A stretch of DNA of 64,000 bases from Thermomicrobiales bacterium. Lineage in GTDB: Bacteria; Chloroflexota; Chloroflexia; Thermomicrobiales; UBA6265. Positions 20,026 through 27,834 of the stretch are shown here, one piece after another. The stretch lies in contig JBARWF010000154.1 of NCBI GenBank assembly GCA_049646645.1, forward strand, positions 11,653-75,652. Direction: 5' to 3'. Each line of letters begins with the position of its first letter. Position 1 is the stretch's first letter. The position numbers were made by a program, and so were the translations under genes. Under the pieces are notes generated by a model that saw only the letters and a program-made list of their open reading frames with translations, was not told the DNA's origin and did no database searches.

Positions 20026-20904
20026 GTGTCACATCAACGGATCGGAATTGTTGCCGCCTTCAGCAAGCCGGAAGCCGCCGTGCTTGGCGCGGAAATCTCG
20101 AGCTGGCTGGAAGCGCATCATCACGTCGCGGTCTCAGAAGAAGAGTTGATGGTTGGCGCCGCTTCTGAGGTCGACGCCATCGTCGTTCTGGGCGGGGATG
20201 GGCTGATGATGCGGGCGGCCAATGCCTATCCGGACGTTCCCCTCCTCGGAATCAACTTCGGCAAGGTCGGCTTCCTCGCGCTCGTGGAGCAGAAGGACTG
20301 GCAGATCGCGATGGAGGCGCTCGTCGCGGGCGAGTTCATGATCGAGCAGAGCTCGACGCTCTCCGCGCACCTTACCCGGGGCGGCGTGACCATCGATCCG
20401 GGCTGGGCGATCAATGACGTCGTGATTCGCGGCGGCACGCGCATGGTCGATATCGAGGTCTATATCGATGGGTACTGGGTCAACACCTACCCAGGCGACG
20501 GCATGATCGTGTCGACACCGCGCGGCAGTACCGCCTACTGCATGGCGGCGGGCGGGCCGATCCTGACGAGTGGCGTCCGCGGGTTCGCGCTGGTGCCGAT
20601 CAGCTGCCACTCGCCGATCCGCACGCCGATGATTGCCTCCGAGGACGTCACCATCGAACTTGTGATGACGAACGATCACGAGGCATCGCTGATCCTCGAC
20701 GGGCGCATCGTCTCCGAGTTGGGGCTCGGGGACACGGTGACCATCAAGCGCGGGGTCCACACCTTCCAGCTCGTGAAGATCGGCACGCACAACTTCTTCG
20801 AGGCGGTACGGACCAAGTTCAACTTCCAGATTCGCCCGGATGCGATCCCGACGCGCTCACGTGAACGGCTCATGCGCCTGCGCCAACGTCCCGGCCACGT
20901 CTGA
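20026..20904 (+). CDS. nadK: NAD kinase
   Basis: GTG 20026 is preceded by GGGGGAGGAG. GGDGLMMRAA, NFGKVGFL and STPRGSTAY motifs are present. The longer track ORF from 19810 overlaps the NrtR-like gene. Confidence 0.92.
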   Translation: MSHQRIGIVAAFSKPEAAVLGAEISSWLEAHHHVAVSEEELMVGAASEVDAIVVLGGDGLMMRAANAYPDVPLLGINFGKVGFLALVEQKDWQIAMEALVAGEFMIEQSSTLSAHLTRGGVTIDPGWAINDVVIRGGTRMVDIEVYIDGYWVNTYPGDGMIVSTPRGSTAYCMAAGGPILTSGVRGFALVPISCHSPIRTPMIASEDVTIELVMTNDHEASLILDGRIVSELGLGDTVTIKRGVHTFQLVKIGTHNFFEAVRTKFNFQIRPDAIPTRSRERLMRLRQRPGHV

Positions 20905-20964
20905 TCACCTTTAACCCGGCCGCATCCCATCATTCGCAAGCTACGACAGGGCACGAAACAATGA

Positions 20965-21010
20965 ACAACGACCACGGCCGGTACCTTTGGGTACCGGCCG
21001 TGGTCGTTGT
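20965..21010. terminator. Bidirectional terminator-like hairpin
   Basis: Perfect 21-bp stem (acaacgaccacggccggtacc / ggtaccggccgtggtcgttgt) with loop tttg, between the nadK stop (20904) and the convergent stop at 21016. Confidence 0.6.
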
Positions 21011-21015
21011 CGTTG

Positions 21016-21843
21016 CTACCGCACCTTGAACCGGTCCGGAATCGTCTCCGGCTCGCCCGAATCCTCCGATTCGTCTCGCCCTTCGGCGATGTCATCCAGG
21101 TTCGGGCCGAACGTCGTCACTTCGTCATCCGGCTTGGCACCATCGGCGGCGGTCGCCGTGACAGGTTCCGGCACCGGAGTGCCATGCCCGTTCGGCGCGG
21201 GCGCATCCCGCAAGACATCCAGCCGCCGCAGGGATTCCATCAGCTCACGCCGGTCGTCCACCGATGCCGCGGTCATGGCCGGCAGCGCCTTGGTCTCGGC
21301 GCGCTCGCGGCGCAGCTCGGCATCGCGAAGCCGCTTGGCGATCACCGCCGGATCGACCCACCGCTCCTCGGCGACCTCGCCGTCCCGGTGCCCGTCATCG
21401 TGTGTATGCGCGTGATGCTCGGTGCCGCAGTACGGGCAGACATCCCAGCGCAGGTCGATGAGATGATCGCAGCTCGGGCAATGCTCGCGAAGCTGCGTAT
21501 TGCAGTGCGGACAGAGCTGCCATTCATCCTCCACAAGGTGATTGCACGTGGGGCAGAGCGGCATCTCCTCGAGATCCTGAAGCAGGTATTCCTCTTCGAG
21601 TGACCGCTGATACGCTTCGTCAAGCGTCTCTTTCGGACGGAGCAGCCAATACAACAGGAGCCCGGGAACCCAGAAGAGCACGACGAGCAGCGTCGAAAAG
21701 ACCTGCGTGACCACGCTCCGGCTCCGCGCCTCGATATCGCGAAACGTCCAGATTGCGAGCACGAACCAGGTCGCGATCAGGTAAGCTCCGCCCAGGGCCA
21801 GCAGGATTTGCAACCCGCGTGCAATGAGCGCCTCAATTTCCAA
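21016..21843 (-). CDS. Membrane-anchored double zinc-ribbon protein
   Basis: 275-aa ORF. Two N-terminal TM helices (PLD-nuclease-N-like LFWVPGLLLYWLL), then CPTCNH..CPHCN...CPSCDH..CPYCG, and an acidic, low-complexity tail. Confidence 0.6.
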   Translation of the reverse strand: MEIEALIARGLQILLALGGAYLIATWFVLAIWTFRDIEARSRSVVTQVFSTLLVVLFWVPGLLLYWLLRPKETLDEAYQRSLEEEYLLQDLEEMPLCPTCNHLVEDEWQLCPHCNTQLREHCPSCDHLIDLRWDVCPYCGTEHHAHTHDDGHRDGEVAEERWVDPAVIAKRLRDAELRRERAETKALPAMTAASVDDRRELMESLRRLDVLRDAPAPNGHGTPVPEPVTATAADGAKPDDEVTTFGPNLDDIAEGRDESEDSGEPETIPDRFKVR

Positions 21844-21918
21844 ACGTAAACTCCTTATACCGGTGCGGGATCAGATCGGGTTCCGCTCCGGGCTCTCCGT
21901 TGCGCTGCCCGACCGCAA

Positions 21919-22257
21919 CTACGCCACACCCAGCCGTACATATCGCTCGATCGGGACCACGAAGACGGTCGCGCCACCGACGAGCACTTCGACGGGATTG
22001 GGAATGTAGTATTCACCGGGTTCCACGATCGGCATGAGGGGGTTGATGAATCGGGTACGCGAATGGCAATTCTGGCGGACCAATTCCTGAATCTCAGGAA
22101 CGTACTCCTCTTGAACGCCGATCAGCAGCGTCACGTTACTCTCCCGGAGAAATCCCCCGGAGCTGTTGATCTGGGTCGCGCGAAATCCGCGTTCCATCAC
22201 CGCCCGCAGGAGCCCTTCCGCGTCGGTCCCCTGCACCACTACGATGACCAGTTTCAT
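21919..22257 (-). CDS. darA: PII-like cyclic-di-AMP receptor protein (DarA/PstA, YaaQ family)
   Basis: The 112-aa product starting MKLVIVVVQ...INSSGGFLRESNVTLLIGV matches the DUF970/YaaQ pattern. It sits immediately downstream of tmk, as yaaQ does in Bacillus. Confidence 0.75.
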   Translation of the reverse strand: MKLVIVVVQGTDAEGLLRAVMERGFRATQINSSGGFLRESNVTLLIGVQEEYVPEIQELVRQNCHSRTRFINPLMPIVEPGEYYIPNPVEVLVGGATVFVVPIERYVRLGVA

Positions 22258-22322
22258 GGGAATTCGTCCATTGTACGTACAACGTCGATCCGGAGACGCC
22301 ATTGTCCCGGATTGGGTATGGT

Positions 22323-22946
22323 TTACTCTATCCTGTCGTTGATTGCGGCGGCAACGTTCAGCGCCACGTCGTCAATCGACACGGTGGCATCGATCACGAC
22401 CCACGCGGCAGGACGTGCACGGACGAGTTCGAGATAGGCCTCTCTGACACGCTGGTGAAAGGCGAGGTCATCACGGTCGATCCGGTTGACCGAATCGGGG
22501 GATGCGAACCGGCGGCGCAACCCGATCTCAACGGGAAGATCCAGGAGAATCCGGAGATCGGGTTCAAGCCCCCCCGTCGCGAATTCCTGGATGGGCCGCA
22601 ACGATGCGAGCGGCAATTGACGGCCACCGCCCTGGTAGGCATAAGTGGAATCCACATAGCGGTCGCAGATGACCACCGCGCCTCGCGCCAGCGCGGGCCG
22701 GATCGTGGAACGGACGAGCTGGGCGCGCGATGCGGCCAGCAACAGGACCTCCGTCTCGGGGAGCATAGCACAGTCGCGGGAGCGTAGAAGCACCTCGCGA
22801 ATCTCGTCGCCGATGCCGGTTCCACCCGGCTCCCGCGTCTGCACAACCTCGCGACCGCGCTGCCGGAGGGCAGCGGCCAAGCGGTCGGCTTGCACCGATT
22901 TACCTGCTCCCTCCGGCCCTTCCAGCACGATGAAGTATCCCGTCAC
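22323..22946 (-). CDS. tmk: Thymidylate kinase
   Basis: FIVLEGPEGAGKS P-loop and DRYVDSTYAYQG, about 207 aa. The GTG start directly abuts the upstream stop. Confidence 0.93.
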   Translation of the reverse strand: MTGYFIVLEGPEGAGKSVQADRLAAALRQRGREVVQTREPGGTGIGDEIREVLLRSRDCAMLPETEVLLLAASRAQLVRSTIRPALARGAVVICDRYVDSTYAYQGGGRQLPLASLRPIQEFATGGLEPDLRILLDLPVEIGLRRRFASPDSVNRIDRDDLAFHQRVREAYLELVRARPAAWVVIDATVSIDDVALNVAAAINDRIE

Positions 22947-24827
22947 CTATTGAATCCCACGCCGGTAGATCTCGACATGCCGGAACGGATCGCGCCCCCG
23001 GCTGCGGGACGAGAGGTTGTAGCGCTCTGCCAGCTCGTGCTGCATGCGCCGGATCGGCGGCGATTGCGGACTCAACGCCGTCGCGGACGCGCCGCCCATC
23101 ACCGCGGAGATCGCACTCTCGGCTTCAGAAAGCGCGACAACCACCGGATCGGATTTCCTGGCCTTGCTCCCTCCCCCGACGAGGGGAGGGGCATCGGCAT
23201 CCTGCTTTCCATTGCCACCGGTGCTCCCGGAGCCCCGCCCCGCGCGCGGGAAGAGCGACAGCAGCACGTGCTCCATCTGCGTCACGGTGTTCGATCGCAG
23301 CACGTAGACGGGAACCCCCCGTGCCTCAAGATCGCGCAAGGTCGCCGGCTTCTGCCGGTAGGCGTTCTTCAAGGTCATCACGATGTCCGCGTCGGCGGCA
23401 TCGCGGACGATCATGACCGGCACCTTGAGCATGCCGATCGTCTGGTCGAGCCGGTTCCGGCTGACCGCGAACGGGAAGATGCGCAAGGGCTTGGCTTCGG
23501 TCCCTCGCCCTTTGGCGATCGCCGCGATCGTCGGCGCGACGGCCACCACCGGTGAAGTGTCCGCATCCGGCTCCTCGACGGAGCCCGCGACCTCGACCGG
23601 AGGCAGAGCCGGTTCAATGGACTTTCGCGACGTGATATCCACGATCGGCTGCCGCACGGTCTGAACCTCGTCGTTCAGCCAGGAATTCGAGCTGGCCCCC
23701 AGGGAGTGCCGCCCTCGAGTATCCGTGGACTCCCCGCGATGACCGAGTGTCGGATCGCGCCGCGCGTCGTCGGTCGACGTCACGTCAATCGTCCCGTCCG
23801 GGTGGCGCACGCGGTGCTCGGAGCGAACCGGCGCGCTTCGCAGCAGGGAGTCCACCGTGGCCGCGACATCGGGATGCACGATCACCTCATCGCGATTCAC
23901 GATCTCGACCATCACATTGAAGGTCGGCGGCGCCTTGCGCTCGAGGATCGATTTCTGCGTCCCGCGCCGGCGTGCTTCTTCGTCGGAGAGCGTCACCGAC
24001 TGGATGCCGCCGATCAGATCGGAAAGCGTCGGGTTCAGCATCAGGTTCTCGAGCGAGTTTCCGTGCGCCGTCCCGATCAGCTGTACGCCGCGCTCGGCGA
24101 TCGTCCTGGCCGCCATCGCCTCCAGCTCGGTGCCGATCTCATCGATCACGATCACCTGCGGCATGTGGTTCTCGACCGCCTCGATCATCACGCCATGCTG
24201 CGCGGTCGGCGTCGGCACCTGCATGCGACGGGCGCGGCCGATTCCAGGATGCGGGATATCGCCGTCACCGGCGATCTCGTTGCTGGTATCGACCACCACG
24301 ACGCGCTTGCGAAGCTCGTCCGCGAGTACGCGGGCCGTCTCCCGGAGCATGGTCGTCTTGCCGACACCCGGGCGACCGAGCAGGAGGACGCTCTGCCCCG
24401 ATTCGACAAGATCGCTGATGATCGCGATCGTGCCATAGACAGCGCGGCCGATACGGCAGGTCAGACCGACGACATCGCCGGCGCGATTGCGGATCGCGGA
24501 GATGCGATGCAGCGTCCGCTCGATCCCGGCACGGTTGTCGTCGCCGAACTGGCCGATCCGCATGCTGACATGATTCAGATCTTCACGGGTGACATCGAGG
24601 TCGGTCAGCACGACCTCTTCCCGCTGGAACCGGGCTTCCGGTGGCCGCCCGAGATCCATAACGATTTCGATCAGTTCGCCAAGTCCCGTTCGAGATTGCA
24701 GGGAAACGATGCGTTCCTTGATATGCGGGGGAAGAACAGCCAAGAGGTCCTGTAGATCGTCCGTTACCTCGAATTCCAAACCTCGCCCCTGATCAGTTGC
24801 TGGTAACGCGTGAGGACTGCTGCTCAA
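22947..24827 (-). CDS. R3H-domain AAA ATPase (ycf45/SpoIIIAA-like)
   Basis: [16 protein letters not shown] Walker A and VIVIDEIGT Walker B, a long low-complexity linker, and a C-terminal R3H-like block ([19 protein letters not shown]). The TTG start has AGGAG 6 nt upstream. Confidence 0.8.
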   Translation of the reverse strand: MSSSPHALPATDQGRGLEFEVTDDLQDLLAVLPPHIKERIVSLQSRTGLGELIEIVMDLGRPPEARFQREEVVLTDLDVTREDLNHVSMRIGQFGDDNRAGIERTLHRISAIRNRAGDVVGLTCRIGRAVYGTIAIISDLVESGQSVLLLGRPGVGKTTMLRETARVLADELRKRVVVVDTSNEIAGDGDIPHPGIGRARRMQVPTPTAQHGVMIEAVENHMPQVIVIDEIGTELEAMAARTIAERGVQLIGTAHGNSLENLMLNPTLSDLIGGIQSVTLSDEEARRRGTQKSILERKAPPTFNVMVEIVNRDEVIVHPDVAATVDSLLRSAPVRSEHRVRHPDGTIDVTSTDDARRDPTLGHRGESTDTRGRHSLGASSNSWLNDEVQTVRQPIVDITSRKSIEPALPPVEVAGSVEEPDADTSPVVAVAPTIAAIAKGRGTEAKPLRIFPFAVSRNRLDQTIGMLKVPVMIVRDAADADIVMTLKNAYRQKPATLRDLEARGVPVYVLRSNTVTQMEHVLLSLFPRAGRGSGSTGGNGKQDADAPPLVGGGSKARKSDPVVVALSEAESAISAVMGGASATALSPQSPPIRRMQHELAERYNLSSRSRGRDPFRHVEIYRRGIQ

Positions 24828-24924
24828 CCCAGTCTCCTGATCTGGTGGTGCACCGTGCGGAGATCTCGCGGCCTCCGAACGCCGACATCACCCCTAGATG
24901 ACGACAAAAATCCGTTACCCCACC

Positions 24925-26100
24925 CTACTGAGACCCCGCCACATCGGACGATGGATCGGCGTGCGACCCATGCAGGAACGTCGGCACCCGTTTCGCGGAC
25001 GGCTCCTTCACGTCCACGCTGAAGGGTGAGACGCTCACGGCCGGCGACCATGCGGACGCCGTTGTGTATTTAATGGACACATCCTGCTCCTGGAAGAGGA
25101 CAAACCCGAATCCGCGCAGGATTTCCTCGAGCTCGGATTGATAGCCCCGGAGTGTGATGTAGACGCGCCGGGCAGGCATCCGGCCGAGTTCGGCAAAGAC
25201 CATCGACAGCAGATCATTGAATACCTCCCGCTGCTCGGGATCGACGAGCACCTCGATCGTGTGGGCGTTGTGATGCGAGATGACACGAGCGTATGCCGCG
25301 ACCAGATGTCCATCCTCCACCAGCCACCCGTGGCAGAAGGCCCCACCCGGCAGCCGGGGCGTCGTGACATCCCAGCTGTGACTGGTGAGCGCTTCCGCAT
25401 ACTGCACCTGGCGCGGAACCACGGCCATGTACAACTGATGAATGGACCAGACGTCAGCCTGGTGCTGGCGCCGGACATGACCGACGGCGCGGGTCACGGG
25501 CACCAGGGCCGCCGCCCAGATCGTTTCCGAGACGTAGGGCGTGAATCCCGTGCGCCGGGCGGCGCCGGTAATCGGCGCGGCCGGAGGCAGCCGCGTGTAT
25601 AGCCGCTTGGTGCCATCGAGCCCCGCCGTCACCACGGCATAGCGGAGCAACTCTTCCCAGATCGGTTCCGCCTCGTAGATTCCCATCGCGGAACCGACAG
25701 TCTGCAGGATCCAGCGCCGGTCGGGGCCGACGATCTGGAAATGCGCATACCCGACCAGACGCCGCTCGGCGCGGGCCACCAGCAGCGGTTCATCATGCCG
25801 GGCGAGCGGCAGCGCCTGGCGCAGGGCGATCATCGCCGGGTCGCTGTCCTCGCATTGACGATTTGGAAGATCGAGAGGAATGCGCTGATCGATGAAGTGG
25901 AGCGCAAGGAGATCGCGGAGCCGAGCGGCGCGTACATCGAGCGGCATGCTCGGGCCGCGTTGCTCCTGACCCGACACCGGCCGGAGTGGCACATCGGTTT
26001 GGCTGGATCTGCGGACTGCCGTCATCTGCACCGCCCGCGGGGATTCATCACGATCAGGACGCCGAGCGTCGAAACGCAACTCTGCATTCATTACCACCAA
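24925..26100 (-). CDS. Hypothetical protein, possibly a tandem GNAT-like (acetyltransferase-fold) protein
   Basis: 391-aa ORF with coding-like GC3. Two halves each resemble a GNAT core (RLVGYAHFQIVG...; HLVAAYARVISHH...LRGFGF). No clear acetyl-CoA Q/RxxGxG/A motif was seen. Confidence 0.4.
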   Translation of the reverse strand: MVVMNAELRFDARRPDRDESPRAVQMTAVRRSSQTDVPLRPVSGQEQRGPSMPLDVRAARLRDLLALHFIDQRIPLDLPNRQCEDSDPAMIALRQALPLARHDEPLLVARAERRLVGYAHFQIVGPDRRWILQTVGSAMGIYEAEPIWEELLRYAVVTAGLDGTKRLYTRLPPAAPITGAARRTGFTPYVSETIWAAALVPVTRAVGHVRRQHQADVWSIHQLYMAVVPRQVQYAEALTSHSWDVTTPRLPGGAFCHGWLVEDGHLVAAYARVISHHNAHTIEVLVDPEQREVFNDLLSMVFAELGRMPARRVYITLRGYQSELEEILRGFGFVLFQEQDVSIKYTTASAWSPAVSVSPFSVDVKEPSAKRVPTFLHGSHADPSSDVAGSQ

Positions 26101-26181
26101 TAGTAGCCCCTTGTCGCCCTCCCCTCAAGCAGCAGATGCGGTCAATGTACGGACACTTCTTACATCAATGACCGGTAAGGG

Positions 26182-26793
26182 TCAGATCGCACGTCGACCG
26201 GTGAGGGCTCGTCCGATCGTCATGTCCCCGGCGTATTCCAGATCTCCACCGACGGGCAAGCCGGTGGCGGGGCGACTGACCGTCACGCCCAAGGGTGCCA
26301 ACAGACGATGCAAATACGTTGCCGTCGCTTCGCCGGGCAAGTCCAGGTTGGTGAACACGATCACCTCGTCAGGCGACTCACGTTCCACCCGCGCGATCAG
26401 TTCCTTGATCCGCAACTTGTCGGGTCCAATCCCGTCGACCGGCGAAACCGCTCCGTGCAGCACGTGATAGCGTCCCCGGTATTCATGCGTTCGCTCGATC
26501 GCGAGGACATCGAGCGGCTCCTCGACAACACAGATGCGAGGCTCCCGCGCCGGATCAGCGCAGATCGCACACGGGTCGATCTCCGTCGTGTTGAAGCAAT
26601 TGGAACACAGCCGGACCCGTTCCTTGACCTCAAGTACGGCCTCCGCCAGCGCCACTGCGTCATCCCGCGACATGCGCAGTACATGGAAGGCCAAACGCGA
26701 GGCTGTCTTCGGGCCGATACCGGGAAGTTTTCCAAATTCTTCGATCAGCCGAACAACTGGCTGGGCCGTTGCGGAACTGGTTCGACTGGACAC
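26182..26793 (-). CDS. recR: Recombination protein RecR
   Basis: LIEEFGKLPGIGPKTASRLAFHVL HhH motif, C4 zinc finger CSNCFN...CAIC, and Toprim block ICVVEEPLDVLAIE. The GTG start follows GGAG. Confidence 0.95.
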   Translation of the reverse strand: MSSRTSSATAQPVVRLIEEFGKLPGIGPKTASRLAFHVLRMSRDDAVALAEAVLEVKERVRLCSNCFNTTEIDPCAICADPAREPRICVVEEPLDVLAIERTHEYRGRYHVLHGAVSPVDGIGPDKLRIKELIARVERESPDEVIVFTNLDLPGEATATYLHRLLAPLGVTVSRPATGLPVGGDLEYAGDMTIGRALTGRRAI

Positions 26794-27160
26794 GCTCTAC
26801 TCCATCCTGATGCCGGCAACTCGTTTGGACAGTGCATATTCCTGACCGCCGGCTGGTTCGCATCTTCCCGTACATCCTACCATTCAGCACCACGCGCGCC
26901 TGACGGCCACGCACCCCAGCAGCCTTCGCATTCTCCGTCGCCAATCCATGCGTCCACGCCACCCCTTCCGACGTATGCCTGCAACAAGACGAGTGATCGA
27001 CGCATGCTACGTCGCTTCAGCACGAATCCGCTAGCCTGCTCAAGGCGAGCCATCTCATGAGCCCACCCAGTATTCTTATGGAATGTACAAATAAGTGGAC
27101 ACATAGCAACCAAAGTGGCTAGGAACGTTACCATGTGTCGCAACAACATCCAGAGAATGA

Positions 27161-27189
27161 TTGCATTTGGATAAGAACGGTGGTAATGT
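27161..27189 (+). promoter_or_regulatory. Candidate sigma70-type promoter for the zinc-ribbon gene
   Basis: TTGCAT, 17 nt, TAATGT inside a local AT-rich stretch, about 110 nt upstream of the ATG at 27302. Confidence 0.35.
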
Positions 27190-27301
27190 GTCGATACACG
27201 AGATCCCCCAAATGTACGGGGACTGATGTCAACTGAACAAGCCAATCGCGCTGGCCCACCAGAGCGACCGGGCGCCGGATTTCTAATGCGAGGGGGCTTC
27301 A

Positions 27302-27646
27302 ATGGCATTTGTGGACAAGTCGCTCAGCTGCCGCGATTGCGGCACCCAGTTCATCTGGACTGCGGGCGAACAACAATTCTACAAGACGCGAGCACTCATC
27401 AATATCCCGGCCCGTTGCCCGAAGTGTCGAGCAGAACGCAAGGCGAAACTCGGTCTCCCCTCAAGCACGATGACCGAAGTCGTCTGCGTCAAATGCAACC
27501 AGCCCACCACGGTTCCGTTCGTTCCCCGCAATGGCAACCCGGTCTACTGCTCAACGTGCCTGGCGGCCGTTCGCGCTGAAGAAGCCCTGGCAAGCGATGC
27601 GGCTGCTCAGCCCGACCACGCACACGAGATCGCTCGCTCCGCCTGA
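27302..27646 (+). CDS. Small zinc-ribbon protein (two CxxC...CxxC modules)
   Basis: 114-aa ORF with CRDCGTQFIWTAGEQQFY...CPKCR followed by CVKCN...VYCSTC. This resembles the probable zinc-ribbon (zf-trcl-like) and CxxC-x17-CxxC families. Confidence 0.65.
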   Translation: MAFVDKSLSCRDCGTQFIWTAGEQQFYKTRALINIPARCPKCRAERKAKLGLPSSTMTEVVCVKCNQPTTVPFVPRNGNPVYCSTCLAAVRAEEALASDAAAQPDHAHEIARSA

Positions 27647-27666
27647 TCAAGCCCACAATTGGATAA

Positions 27667-27721
27667 CACCAAGCAGAGAGGCCATGGATACTGATCGTAT
27701 CCATGGCCTCTCTGCTTGGTG
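27667..27721. terminator. Bidirectional terminator-like hairpin
   Basis: Perfect 25-bp inverted repeat around loop tgatc (core aagcagagaggccatggatac / gtatccatggcctctctgctt), between convergent stops at 27646 and 27835. Confidence 0.6.
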
Positions 27722-27834
27722 CAGCTCACGGCCGACTCTTCACGCCCCCGAATCTCGAATCTTCCAGACGGCGCGATCACTGCCGCCCGGGACTCTCCGC
27801 ACCCGCCGGGGTGTGCGGGATTCGATCCGCGCTG

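Noticed and set aside
26877-27308. 143-aa minus-strand ORF in the recR upstream spacer, considered as ybaB
   Set aside because: It bears no resemblance to YbaB/EbfC. It crosses the AT-rich island with atypical codon usage and would run antisense into the zinc-ribbon gene start.
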